Made by a program: the position numbers and the translations under genes. Under the pieces are notes generated by a model, which saw only the letters and a program-made list of their open reading frames with translations, searched no databases and had not been told where the DNA came from. Below are positions 25,701-36,100 of a stretch of 64,000 nt of DNA, in pieces. Every line of letters starts with the position of its first letter. Within the stretch, counting starts at the first letter, position 1. This DNA comes from a candidate division FCPU426 bacterium (lineage in GTDB: Bacteria > Oederibacteriota > Muellerivitia > Muellerivitales > Muellerivitaceae): contig CAVRAL010000001.1 of NCBI GenBank assembly GCA_963719085.1, forward strand, positions 1,120,001-1,184,000, written 5' to 3'.

Positions 25701-28700
25701 TCCGCTAACTGTATGGGATAACGTAACGGTGGAACTTGTGACATTTGTGCTAGTAACTGAGTCAAAAGTAATCGGAAGTGGCGTTGAAGTGATCGTGGGT
25801 GTGCATGTGAATGTGGGTGTGCTCGTATAAGTGTTAGTAATGGTCGCAGTCACCGTTGGGCTCGCGATTTGAGAATACCAAATATCATTCGCGAAGGTTT
25901 CCCCGTTTTGGTCTCCAGCTAATATCCAAATTTTATTATTCGCCACCAAAGAAGCTTGATCTCCTCGCGGAGTAAATCCAGGCGAAGTTGATAACAAATT
26001 CCAATTTATCCCATCGTTCGATGCCCAAACATTGCTCGTATAAATGTTTGGACTTAAACTGGAATCACCACCAATTAAGATTATTTGGCTATTGAAATTT
26101 AAGGCCGATAAGGCAGCAGCATATCGGAATGGAGCGTTCGAGGAATTTTCCGTCCAGTTCAACCCGTCCGACGAAGACCAAATATCGTTGTAAATAGTAT
26201 TGTTTTTGTCATTCCCTCCGATTATCCACATTTCATTATTGAAAACAACAGCTCCCATTCTTTGTCGGGGGCTAAAAGGAGCAATCCCAACTTTGGACCA
26301 TGAAATTCCATCTGGGGAAGTCCAAACATCGTTTGTCACCGGCGCGCCCTTACAACCCCCTATCAAGAAAATCTGACCATTGTATACATAGGAGCTTTGG
26401 AAACTTCTCTTCCCAAAAGGTGCATTCGTAACGGCTTCCGACCAGTTGATGCCATCATTCGATGACCATACATCTGAATATTGAACTAATGGAGAATTAC
26501 TTAATTCCCCACCTATGACCCACATTTTATTATTAAACACAAAAAGTGTATGACCATAACGTGGTCCAAAGGCCGCGTTAGGATTCGCCATCTTCCAATT
26601 AATGGCATCTGATGAGTACCAAACATCATTTTGAGCTCCGTTACTATCTTCACCTCCAACTAACCAGTATTGATTGTTAAAAAACGCAGCTGCAGGTGCT
26701 TTTCGGGCGCTGAAAGGCGCTTGGGCTGAAGCCAGAGTCCAGGCACTTGAAACTATCGCCGGAGTCGAGGTAACTAAGGGCGTAAATGTATTAGTGGGAG
26801 TATTGGTATATGTAGGAGTGAAAACTGTTCCTGTAGGAGTAGGTGTGAACGTGGGAGAATTAGTCATGGTCGGGGAAAAAGTGACTGTTGGAGAAAGTGT
26901 GATTGTTGGCGTCGCAAAAACACCTACGCTGGCCGGCACAATCTCAACCGAATCTATATCACCTGTAAATATTACGGTCCCATAAGTAACACCATATTGC
27001 CCGGCTGAAGTCGTGGGATAATCATCGCCCTCAGCGTCCGGAAGACTAGTAAACTTCCATCTTTGAGTTTGTCCAGATCCCGGTCCAAAATGTGTTGTTG
27101 CATTAGACGCAATATTCGCCAACCTACTGTAATTGTAGGTTGTATTAAAAGTAACAAATGAAACACCTTTACCTAAAGCTGTTGACCCAATTGGCCTAAA
27201 TTGATTTACCCCATCGTAGCTAACTACCCCAACTTGAACAGTTACAGCTGAGGAAAAATGGACAATTAGGTTTTGGGCCCCACTTGGTGGGTTAACCAGA
27301 TACCAGGCTTCCATATCCTGCGTAACACCACTATCAAATTGTTGATTTATTCTTGTCATAGAAACGCCGTTGTAAGTGGCCGATGTAGCCGAAACTGAAC
27401 TAGACCTTGCCACAATTTGCGCCAAAACCAACCCATTAGATCCGCTACAGGTATGTGAAATTGTCACTGCTGAAGCCGCGTTCGCCGTAATACTCGTAGC
27501 CGAATCAAAAACAATGGGCACCAAAGTTTGTGTTGGGGTTGGCGTGATTGTAAAGGTTGATGTGGTGGTGGCCGTTGCCGTTGAGGTAGTAGTAGCGGTT
27601 GGCAAAGTACCTGTAGGGGTTACTGTTGGAGTTAGTGTTACGCTAGGAGTTAAAGTAATAGTAGGAGTAAGGGTAATCGTCGGGGTGATGGTTGGTGTAG
27701 GAGTAGGACTCAAGCCAATTGGACAATAGCCCAATTGATCGACTACATCATTTACCCAATCCGCCACATACCACGAACTGGAGGAGGCCGCGATACCTTC
27801 AGAATCTACAAATGTTGCTGGACCCTGACTGGTGCCAAGCCAACTTCCAACCGACGTAAAAAATCCTATTTCTCCATATCCATCTGAAATTCCAACAACC
27901 CCATTATTTACAGCGACAGATTCCGCGTCCATCAATCCGGTCGTAGTTGTCGCCGCGTTCCACTGAGTAACAGCAGCCCCGGAACCTGTGAATTCCTGCA
28001 CCAAAGCAGTCGTATTATCGGTAACATAAACATTCCCTGAACCGTCCAAAGCCAATCCCCAAGGCGTTTCAAAAGCCCCATTACCGGTTGTCCCTACGGT
28101 TCCCCATTGTCCTAAATAATTTCCGGAATGATCAAATTCTTGAATTCTAGAGTTTTCGCTATCAGCAACATATATCGTGGTCGGCCCCACCGCTATCCCA
28201 ACTGGATACTCAAATTGACCATTACCAGTTCCGATTGATCCCCACTGGTTTATATAGGTTCCTTGATTACTAAATTCCTCAATACGGTTGTTCCCGGAAT
28301 CCGCGACAAATATATTTCCAGAAGTATCTAAACTCAAAGCCTCAGGATCGTTAAATTGTCCGTTTTGAACGCCTTGTATCCCAATGACATTTATCAATCC
28401 ACCGAAAGAATTAAGAACATCCACTTGATCATCAATGTCGTCAGTCCCATAAATATTACTTGAGGAATCCAGCGCCAATCCCATCGGATTATTAACCGAA
28501 ACGGCCATTGACAATGAGCATGGAATATAATTTTGCGTAGTGGCCGGTGTTGGGGTAAAGGTTGGGGTTAAAATGACTACTGGCGGCGAATACCAAGTGT
28601 CATTTTTGAAACCTGAACTATCTTGTCCTCCAATAACCCACATTTGAGGTTCACCGGTCGAAGAGTCATTCGCCACCAAAGCGGACGTCCCACTTCTTGC

Positions 28701-31700
28701 TGAAAAACCTGGCGAGGAATTCGACAAAACCCAAGTTGTTCCATCTGAAGAGACGTAAACATTTTGGCTTAATGTTCCGGAATCACTTCCGTCAATCACA
28801 TAAATTTGATTATTAAATACCAAATCAGAGAATAATTTCAAAGGACCGAATCCAGCATTTGAATTAGTTTGGACCCAATTGACTCCATCGCTTGAGGCCC
28901 AAACATCACTCGCCGAACCAGATCCAGTTAATCCACCAATTACAAACATTTGGTCATTAAAAACAGCCGTACCAAAGGAACTTCTTGGAGTAAACGCTGC
29001 GGCTGAAACCGCCTGGTTCCAATTAGTTCCATCAACTGAAGTCCAAACGTTGTTTTTAATTCCTGTACTTCCAATCCCTCCAATGAGCCACATCGCGTTG
29101 TTAAAAACTAAAGCTCCCGCGTAGGCCCTATTCGCGAATATATGATTTTCAGTTTGAGTCCAATTAATTCCATCTATTGAATTCCATACTTCAGAGTTAT
29201 AATTAGTTCCATCATAACCACCAATAACCCACATGGATCCGTTGTAAACCAAAGCCTGGTGGCCATAGCGGGGAGTAAAGGCAGCATTGGATGTTTTTAA
29301 ATTCCAATTGATTCCATCTGTTGAGGCCCAAACATCATTTTTGGCCCCAGCACTGTCTTGGCCACCAATTACCCACATTTGATTATTAAAATAGACACTG
29401 GCCTGGCCGGTACGAGGAGTGAAAAGCACCCCAGAACTGCCTTGGGTCCAAGATGTTGATATTGAAGCCGGCGTACAAGAGGGAGTGGCCGTAAATGAGT
29501 TAATAATTGTGTAGGTGGGTGTGGGGGTAAAGGTGATTGTTGGGGTAAGTGTTTTCGTTGGGGTATTTGTTGCGGTGGCGAATGGCGAATCAGTAATGGG
29601 GATAATTTCCACGGAATCAATCGCAAAATTTGATTCTGTACCAGTTGTGTAACTTAAAACATTGCTGCCAACATCTCCCGTTCCATAATCATCCCCTTCA
29701 TTGTACCAAACACTATTCTGCGGAAATTCCGCGTTAATCCATCTCGAAATTTGACCAGAAGAAGGAAGTAAATCTCCATTCGGCTGACTTACTTGATAAG
29801 TTTCCTCACTAACAACCCAACTGTTGGCGGCAGTAGTCGTAATCGTAATTGATTCAGAACCATTATTGGATGCTGTAGAACCAATAGCTTGGTACTGATT
29901 TACCCCATCGTAACTAACGGCACCCATAATTATGGTCGATGAAGCTGACGAAAGATTATTCACTAAGTAATGCGAACCACCAGAAGGATTAATCAAATAC
30001 CAAGTTTCGAGCTCATCATTGCCAGTACTATAAACATCTTTTACGGCCCTTGTTAAAGTCACTCCATTATAAGTTGCCGAAGTAATAGAAACTGAACTCG
30101 GCTGTATCCAAGCTTGTTCAAGCAATATGGTATTAGTGCCATTCACCGTGTGTGTCACCGATACCGCTGAATTCGCAGACCAAACTTGGCTAGTTTGTGA
30201 ATCAAACTGAATCGCAAAAGTTGAAGTGGGCGTAGGTGTATTTGTCCAGGTGGGCGTATTCGTGAAAGACAAATTAGGCGTAAATGACCAAACCGGTGTT
30301 TGGGCCGGTGTGATGGAACAAGCTGTGTACTTATCCACGTAGTTATTTAACCAATCGCCCGAATACCATACTCCATTCGCGGCGGCTAAACCTTCGGGAT
30401 CTCCAAAAGTAACGCTTCCCCCCGTGCTAAATCCTAAATAAACCCCTGATGTACTAAACATTCCGACTTGACTTACTCCATCCGAAACATAAACAACTCC
30501 AGTATCACTGTCGACAGCTATCCCTTCGGCTCCGAGCAATCCGTTTTGTGAAGTATTCCATTGGGTAATAAATGTTCCCGATGGGCCAAAAACTTGCAAA
30601 AGAGATGTTGTGTTATCAGTCACATAAACGTTCCCCTGAGCATCCAGAGCGATTCCCCATGGGGTAATAAATGTTCCTGTACCACTTGTTCCAAAAGATC
30701 CCCACTGTCCCAAATAGGCGCCAGCGTAATTAAATTCCTGGATACGAGAGTTTTCTGAATCCACCACATAAATTGTTGAGGGACCAATAGCGATTCCGGT
30801 CGGATAATTAAATTGACCATTTCCCGCACCTACACTTCCCCACTGGCTCAAATACTGACCCTGGGCATTAAATTCTTCAATTCGGTTATTATTAGAATCC
30901 GCGACAAAAATATTGCCACTACTATTAACTCCGATTCCCTCGGGAGCGCTTAAATTCCCATTGCTGGCTCCCGCGCTTCCAAAGTTATTTAATAAATTTC
31001 CGTTGGAAGTAAAAACATTGACTTGATTATTGAGATCGTCCGTAGCATAAATATTCTCTTGGCCATCTAAAGCTAACCCGGATGCGTTTGAAGACGGCAT
31101 AGAATTGGATAAAGTGCACGAAAGTAACATCGGCGTTGAAATAGGGGTCGGTGTCATTGTAATAGTTGGTGAAATTGTGGGTGTTGCAGTTGGAAATAAA
31201 TAAGAAGCGGGGACAATTTCTATCGATTGAAAGTCTGCTTTACCGGTCGAATTGTTATATCCAATGTTATAGCTTCCAATACTGGAAGTCGGATAATCAT
31301 CCCCTTCATAGTTATATCGATTCTGGCCCGCTAAATTAAATAGTTCGATTTGGAACGGGCTAACTGTTGTGATGGGTCCGTTGGTTTCAAACGACTGATT
31401 CAATAGGTAACTGTCATAATACGTATTATTAACCGTGACAGAATCACCTGATGAGGAAATCCCGTTAAATTGAGTAACAGCGCCTATCGGAACCAATTGA
31501 TTAACCCCATAAAGGGTATCGGCCCCAATCGCAAAAGATGCCGCAGCCGAAAGATTAACAGTCAACGTCGCGCTAGTGGAATTCGCACCTGGAGGCATAT
31601 ACCAAGTCTCAAGATCCGCCCCGCCAGCACTATCGTAATCTTGATGAACTTTAGTTAATGTGACACCATCGCATGTCGCCGAAGCAACCGAAACTCCGCT

Positions 31701-33110
31701 TGTTGTATTAATCACCACCTGGACAAATAACGACAATGGGTTTGGTCCTTCAAAAGTTACAGGTTGAATAGAAAGTGAAGAAACAGGAGAATTTAAAGAA
31801 CTAGCGCTGGACTTTTGCCAAAATCCAATCGATCCACCTGGACCCGACGGGGTATTTGTGGGAGTGGGGGGGAATAAATATGTTAATCGGCCACTGTCTG
31901 TTGAAAATAAAACACCACCATTTTCTATCGCAGGTGAAATTTTCGAATCTTTTTGAAACCCTATACTTCCAATGGTCACACCGTTTGATAAATTTAGAGC
32001 ATAGAAATTATGGTTATCACAGCCTACGTAAACGGCCGCATTTGCCGAAATATTATTAATATTTGTGCTTGAAACCGCCGGACTTGAATAAATCGAACTA
32101 GGTAACAAATCCTGCCATACTTTAATAAAATTACTCGAGTTATCAAATAATTCCCATTCTTGGACATTCCCATCTTGACCCGCCGTAATTATTAAATCAT
32201 TAGGCGCATTTGTTCTTCTAAATGCCGCTGGGGAAGCCGAATTTGCCGATCCTATCGATACTGACGCTTTAATGTTTCCATTATTCTTTTGGAGACAGGT
32301 GAGAATTCCATTATTTGAAATGTTATAGACATAACCATTTGTAACCGCAGGTGTTGATCGTGTGGCTCCAACAGATTTAGTCCAAGCCGAAAGTCCTGTT
32401 TGCGCGTGTAAGGCGTAAAGATTTCCATCATATGAGGGCTCAAAAATTAAATCATCAGTCACATCGTAAACCGGAGAGGAAAAAAGATAATTATTCGTAA
32501 CTGAAACCGCACCTCCCCACAATTGAGTGGGTGAGCCAGGATTGTTAATATTAAAAGCTGAGATATTCCCAGAATGAGAGGCGCACGCAATTATTAAAGT
32601 GGCACCCTCTGAATATAATAGAGGGGAAGTAAAAACTGGCCCGCCAGTGGCCTCCTGGCAAACCGTAACGCCTGTTGAAGAATTAAATCCGTATAAATTT
32701 CCGTCCGTTGAACCAATAAAAACATAATCTTGAGTAACTCCCCCTGAAACGATCGTAGTTACTGCCGCGGAACCATAGATCGGAGCGCCTGTTTTATAAC
32801 TCCATAACGGGGAATTTAATGATGAAGTCACACTGCCACTAAATGCGTATAAAGTCCCATCCGTTGAGCCAATGTAAGTTTTTCCATTCCATTCGGCGGG
32901 AGAGGAATAAGCCACTGCCCCATTGGTCCCAATCGTGACAGAACTATTCCACTTCAAAACAAAAGGAGGATATAAAGAATCGGAAGGATTAACTGAAGAA
33001 TGAGCGACATCACTTTTAAACATCGGCCAGTCATCAGCCGAACATTTATTTACAGCAAAAAAACAAATAGTCAGAACTGATAAAACCAAATATTTTAGTT
33101 TAAATATCAT
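22746..33110 (-). CDS. Giant (3454 aa) secreted modular surface protein: PQQ/BamB-like propeller, 2 NHL propellers, 2 Kelch/Asp-box propellers, 4 copies of a ~200-aa module, 4 malectin domains, T9SS-like C-terminal domain
   Basis: Signal peptide then DWPMFK; YIGSTDGTLYA repeats; PEGIGVNSSGNIFVADSNNNRI NHL; MWVIGG/WxSxDGxxW repeats; YQVTLKFAE malectins; TPT linkers; tail PNIS..VASGLYVY..GKVAIIH. Confidence 0.92.
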   Translation of the reverse strand: MIFKLKYLVLSVLTICFFAVNKCSADDWPMFKSDVAHSSVNPSDSLYPPFVLKWNSSVTIGTNGAVAYSSPAEWNGKTYIGSTDGTLYAFSGSVTSSLNSPLWSYKTGAPIYGSAAVTTIVSGGVTQDYVFIGSTDGNLYGFNSSTGVTVCQEATGGPVFTSPLLYSEGATLIIACASHSGNISAFNINNPGSPTQLWGGAVSVTNNYLFSSPVYDVTDDLIFEPSYDGNLYALHAQTGLSAWTKSVGATRSTPAVTNGYVYNISNNGILTCLQKNNGNIKASVSIGSANSASPAAFRRTNAPNDLIITAGQDGNVQEWELFDNSSNFIKVWQDLLPSSIYSSPAVSSTNINNISANAAVYVGCDNHNFYALNLSNGVTIGSIGFQKDSKISPAIENGGVLFSTDSGRLTYLFPPTPTNTPSGPGGSIGFWQKSSASSLNSPVSSLSIQPVTFEGPNPLSLFVQVVINTTSGVSVASATCDGVTLTKVHQDYDSAGGADLETWYMPPGANSTSATLTVNLSAAASFAIGADTLYGVNQLVPIGAVTQFNGISSSGDSVTVNNTYYDSYLLNQSFETNGPITTVSPFQIELFNLAGQNRYNYEGDDYPTSSIGSYNIGYNNSTGKADFQSIEIVPASYLFPTATPTISPTITMTPTPISTPMLLSCTLSNSMPSSNASGLALDGQENIYATDDLNNQVNVFTSNGNLLNNFGSAGASNGNLSAPEGIGVNSSGNIFVADSNNNRIEEFNAQGQYLSQWGSVGAGNGQFNYPTGIAIGPSTIYVVDSENSRIQEFNYAGAYLGQWGSFGTSGTGTFITPWGIALDAQGNVYVTDNTTSLLQVFGPSGTFITQWNTSQNGLLGAEGIAVDSDTGVVYVSDGVSQVGMFSTSGVYLGFSTGGSVTFGDPEGLAAANGVWYSGDWLNNYVDKYTACSITPAQTPVWSFTPNLSFTNTPTWTNTPTPTSTFAIQFDSQTSQVWSANSAVSVTHTVNGTNTILLEQAWIQPSSVSITSATYNGVTLTRAVKDVYSTGNDELETWYLINPSGGSHYLVNNLSSASSTIIMGAVSYDGVNQYQAIGSTASNNGSESITITTTAANSWVVSEETYQVSQPNGDLLPSSGQISRWINAEFPQNSVWYNEGDDYGTGDVGSNVLSYTTGTESNFAIDSVEIIPITDSPFATATNTPTKTLTPTITFTPTPTYTIINSFTATPSCTPASISTSWTQGSSGVLFTPRTGQASVYFNNQMWVIGGQDSAGAKNDVWASTDGINWNLKTSNAAFTPRYGHQALVYNGSMWVIGGYDGTNYNSEVWNSIDGINWTQTENHIFANRAYAGALVFNNAMWLIGGIGSTGIKNNVWTSVDGTNWNQAVSAAAFTPRSSFGTAVFNDQMFVIGGLTGSGSASDVWASSDGVNWVQTNSNAGFGPLKLFSDLVFNNQIYVIDGSDSGTLSQNVYVSSDGTTWVLSNSSPGFSARSGTSALVANDSSTGEPQMWVIGGQDSSGFKNDTWYSPPVVILTPTFTPTPATTQNYIPCSLSMAVSVNNPMGLALDSSSNIYGTDDIDDQVDVLNSFGGLINVIGIQGVQNGQFNDPEALSLDTSGNIFVADSGNNRIEEFSNQGTYINQWGSIGTGNGQFEYPVGIAVGPTTIYVADSENSRIQEFDHSGNYLGQWGTVGTTGNGAFETPWGLALDGSGNVYVTDNTTALVQEFTGSGAAVTQWNAATTTTGLMDAESVAVNNGVVGISDGYGEIGFFTSVGSWLGTSQGPATFVDSEGIAASSSSWYVADWVNDVVDQLGYCPIGLSPTPTPTITPTITLTPTITLTPSVTLTPTVTPTGTLPTATTTSTATATTTSTFTITPTPTQTLVPIVFDSATSITANAASAVTISHTCSGSNGLVLAQIVARSSSVSATSATYNGVSMTRINQQFDSGVTQDMEAWYLVNPPSGAQNLIVHFSSAVTVQVGVVSYDGVNQFRPIGSTALGKGVSFVTFNTTYNYSRLANIASNATTHFGPGSGQTQRWKFTSLPDAEGDDYPTTSAGQYGVTYGTVIFTGDIDSVEIVPASVGVFATPTITLSPTVTFSPTMTNSPTFTPTPTGTVFTPTYTNTPTNTFTPLVTSTPAIVSSAWTLASAQAPFSARKAPAAAFFNNQYWLVGGEDSNGAQNDVWYSSDAINWKMANPNAAFGPRYGHTLFVFNNKMWVIGGELSNSPLVQYSDVWSSNDGINWSEAVTNAPFGKRSFQSSYVYNGQIFLIGGCKGAPVTNDVWTSPDGISWSKVGIAPFSPRQRMGAVVFNNEMWIIGGNDKNNTIYNDIWSSSDGLNWTENSSNAPFRYAAALSALNFNSQIILIGGDSSLSPNIYTSNVWASNDGINWNLLSTSPGFTPRGDQASLVANNKIWILAGDQNGETFANDIWYSQIASPTVTATITNTYTSTPTFTCTPTITSTPLPITFDSVTSTNVTSSTVTLSHTVSGSNTLLLAQVAIHSSSVSVTSVTYNGTSLIKAFRNTSSGSGLGTEVWYLANPTSGTNNLIVHTSSSVQMFVGALSYDGVYQSAPIGASASVSAASAVTISTTYQNSWIVDLAEHVNGAAITAVSGQNQRWNFTPNPYAEGDDFATTTTGQYILSYSGTNNLIGSIEIIPASTGSIQTFTPTLTMTLSPTYTSTPTITPTFTNTFTPTPTGSWTPMATPTGTSTAISSIWRVCANTTPVIDGNGVSWSSVYSIYLANSVGTTIYDYGPDSTPVSGASVTSVYSYSVEGSPVGYVANVPPGLYQVTLKFAETDGTVTQEGERLFGGYINNQIEFYNLDIYNEVGANEADDKVIDNVSPNGNGQIVIQLSSPFISRPSIQAIQIIPEPSNQQSVWRINSGGAGFTDSQGNYWIGDTSYEASNYFTASVTNTITGVNSADEEIYQDYRYVKGSGGVTYLLPVPNGNYQVTLKFAEEFYTAPNDRQFNIGINNNILNPNFDIYYDSGGEFVADDRIIDNVTPNANGQIAIQLSNGKYNWPAICGLQVIPEPSSPTTWRICNSRTTVTDSQGYKWQPDQYSSGVSLGTNSTSTSITGAASADQALYQYERKGKPVTYALNVQPGSYQVKMKFTEFSFSNTGMRVFNVALNGVTMLSNFDIVQDAGGEYIADDKVFDNVLPNPNGQIVVALTAGIADNPKIDALQIIPEPSAPTTWRVRSGSFANVTDSSGNVWAGDENYYGNSLNLGYTAASISGPVSADQPLYQKERYGNGVTYAFPVPQGSYQVKLKMAELFMTGIGQRIYNIGINNTTLLPNFDLFSDAGGEYKADDKIFDNIRPNSNGLILIQFAPGSVNVPKIDAIQIIPETPTPTDTPGGIGGQSIELNRGTPTITPTPNIPLMTVLAMPNISKDGAPIRFGVNLTQSETMHLTLYTLTAEKVYQFNVEGQTGLNTLTWKLNNIAGAPVASGLYVYTLRIGSGPVNQVGKVAIIH

Positions 33111-33154
33111 TTAGTTTTTCTTTTTTAAAATACATAAATGATCCACATCCACTT

Positions 33155-36100
33155 TCAAGGTAAGCTATTAAAAATTTGATTGTAATTGGGGTTTCTGTTT
33201 GGATTATTCGGATCTATCGATTCCTGAATCCATAATTGAGTACCATCAACAGAACCGGAAGCGAGCCAACCACCAAAGATTGTTGCGCCCACACTATCTA
33301 ATCCACTCGATATTGCTTGAGCATATGTCAAACCACCAACTCCGAAACTTAAACCTCCACCTATTCCAGCAATTCCAAAACTCGTCCAAGAAATGGGCCT
33401 TCCATTAGTTAGTGACGTTAACGATTGACCAATAAAATTATTAAGGGCCGCAAGGCCACCAAACAACAATACTGTTCCAAAAGTTGGGTCCGTTAATCCC
33501 GCCCATCCTCCAACAATTCCACCTGTAACCAAACCAACGATTCCTCCCACAATTTTGTCAAACAAATCCCCATATTGCGCTCCAGAAACTCCATTGATTA
33601 ATCCAACAATCGCGCCGTAAATAACCCCTAAGATCGCTTCAATTGGAGTTCCTTTTCCGGTCGGATCATTGGCATTTAAAGGATTGTTTTTACAATAAAC
33701 ATAAAGATTAAACCCTCCAAAAATCCAATTCGGATCTCTAGAAATGAATCTCCCAATTTGAGGGTCATACCAACGGTTCTGCATGTATTCCAAACCAACA
33801 TCATCGTCGGAATAAACATCATAATTTCCAACATATCGCTTATTATTATTGTCGTTTTTTATTCCCAAAGATTGACCAAAGGCATCATACGAATAACTAT
33901 TTACCAAGTTTTGAAAATTATCCATTAATCCGACAACATCACCATGACCATTAAATAAATAATAAAACTTATTATTATTTTGGTCTTTAAAACTTGTTGA
34001 ATCTATAAAACTTTTAATTACCTTTCCACTTCCATCCGTTTCAAACGCCACCTTACTTCTATCGTAAAAATAATTAATAGTTACGCCACTCGATAACTTC
34101 GCGATACGAAAATTATCTCCGTCGTAAATATAAGTAATTGCACCATTCGGAGTGACCGCCTTCACCATTCTATTTAAAGCGTCCCAATTGTACGAATAGC
34201 CCGCACTTTTACTTTTTATATTTCCTCTCGCGTCATAAGAAAATGATTCCCCGCTCGAACCCGAAATAGAAGCCAATTGATTTCCGGAAGTATAAAAATA
34301 AGTTTGCGTAATTCCGTTTTGTGTTTCACTTGTCCTATTACCCGCATTGTCATATGTATATTTAACTGTGCCTTCAGAACCAGGATAAGACGCTTGAATC
34401 AATTCGTAACGATTGTCATAACTGTAAGTAGTTGTCCCAGTTAAATCATTTGCAGAAAGAACATTCCCAACGGCATCATAGGTATAATTTTGGTTTGTTA
34501 ATAAATCGCCTTCGGAATCTATGTTTTGAAGGCTCGTCAAGCGACCAGTATGATTTGTATAATCATAAAAATAAACTGCCGTTGCCCCATTTGGGTAATT
34601 GACATTTTGCAAATTATTGAGCGCATCATAAATAAAGGTAGTACCCATTCCATCAACATCAGTTGTTGACCTCAATGTGTTGTTTTCATAATAGGAATGA
34701 TAAATCACACCTGTAATTTTGTTGTTATTTTCCGAAATACAGTTACCTACAGAATCGTAGGAATAATGGACAACATAATTTCTTGATACATCATTGATTG
34801 ATACTAAATTATTCAAGGGGTCATAAACATAAATCTTTTGACCAGACCCATCTGTCATACCCGTTCTATTCCCATTCCCATCATATGAATAATAGATAGA
34901 AGGCGTTCCGTCACTAAATTGAATTAATTTTATTCTGTTGTTCCGGTAATAATTAATAGTTTTAACCACTCCACTTTGATCTATCGTAGAGATAACTTTC
35001 ATCGCGCCATTGAAAGTATTTGTAAAACCTACTCCCTCGGAGTCCATGGAATATTTAAGTAAATTTTGTTCATTATATAAAAATGTCGTTTTTTGATTCT
35101 TTCCATCAAGCAACGAAATAGTATTTCCTAGTGGATCAAGACCGAACTGAGTATGTATGACGCTTCCGGAATAATTACTTATTTGCGATTGATAAACATC
35201 CGTTAAACGGTCATTCGCATCATAAGAAAAATTTGATATGGTCCCGTTTCGGTCTTTCCATGAAATTTTGTCCATATCTTGGTCGTAAGAATAGGTATCC
35301 GTCGTATTGTCGGGATACAAAATTTCCGTGACGGCATTTTGATTATTATAATAATAATTTTTGGTTTGATTTTTAGCGTCCGTGCTAGTCTGCATAAGAT
35401 TTCGAGCGTTATAAGTTGAGTAGCTTGTAGAACTAGGAAGATTTTCTGGAGGTCCAATTGAAGGACTCATTATTTCGTTGATGTTCCCATTCGAATCATA
35501 ATATGAAATTACCGAATGATTGTTCGCGTCCGTAATTGTCTTTTGCACTAATGACCCGTTACTAAAAACATAACTAAAATTCGTGATTTTTCCCGGCTGT
35601 TGGATTTGAGTTAAATTCCCATTTGCGTCATATAAATATGAACTTGTCACTTGGTTTTTGTCTTGATGATAAGTGATTTCACTTCTCGAATTATAGGAGC
35701 TGTATTCTTGATTACCTTCCGCATCCATTTCATAAATTTCATTTCCTAAAGAATCATAAGCCATAGTTGTTGGGTTTCCATTGCCATCAACGATGTTCGT
35801 TTCTAAAAAATTTTCATTCCAAGTATAGCTTTCAACATAAGGCCGCCCATCAATATCAAACCGTTTTTGATTCCAAGCACCATTGGGTCCATAAACATCC
35901 GTCTCAATCAATCCATATGGGCCAGAAGTACTGCACAAATGATTTCCTAAAGAATCCGTCGAATAATCGTACGAATAGATAATTCTTCCTAAAGCGTCTT
36001 TGATTTGTCTCACGGGGTTTATTGTAGAATTGGTGCCACTTTCAGATACATAAGTTAAATTCCGCGCACCAACTGGGGCCATGGGATCCTGAAATTTTCT

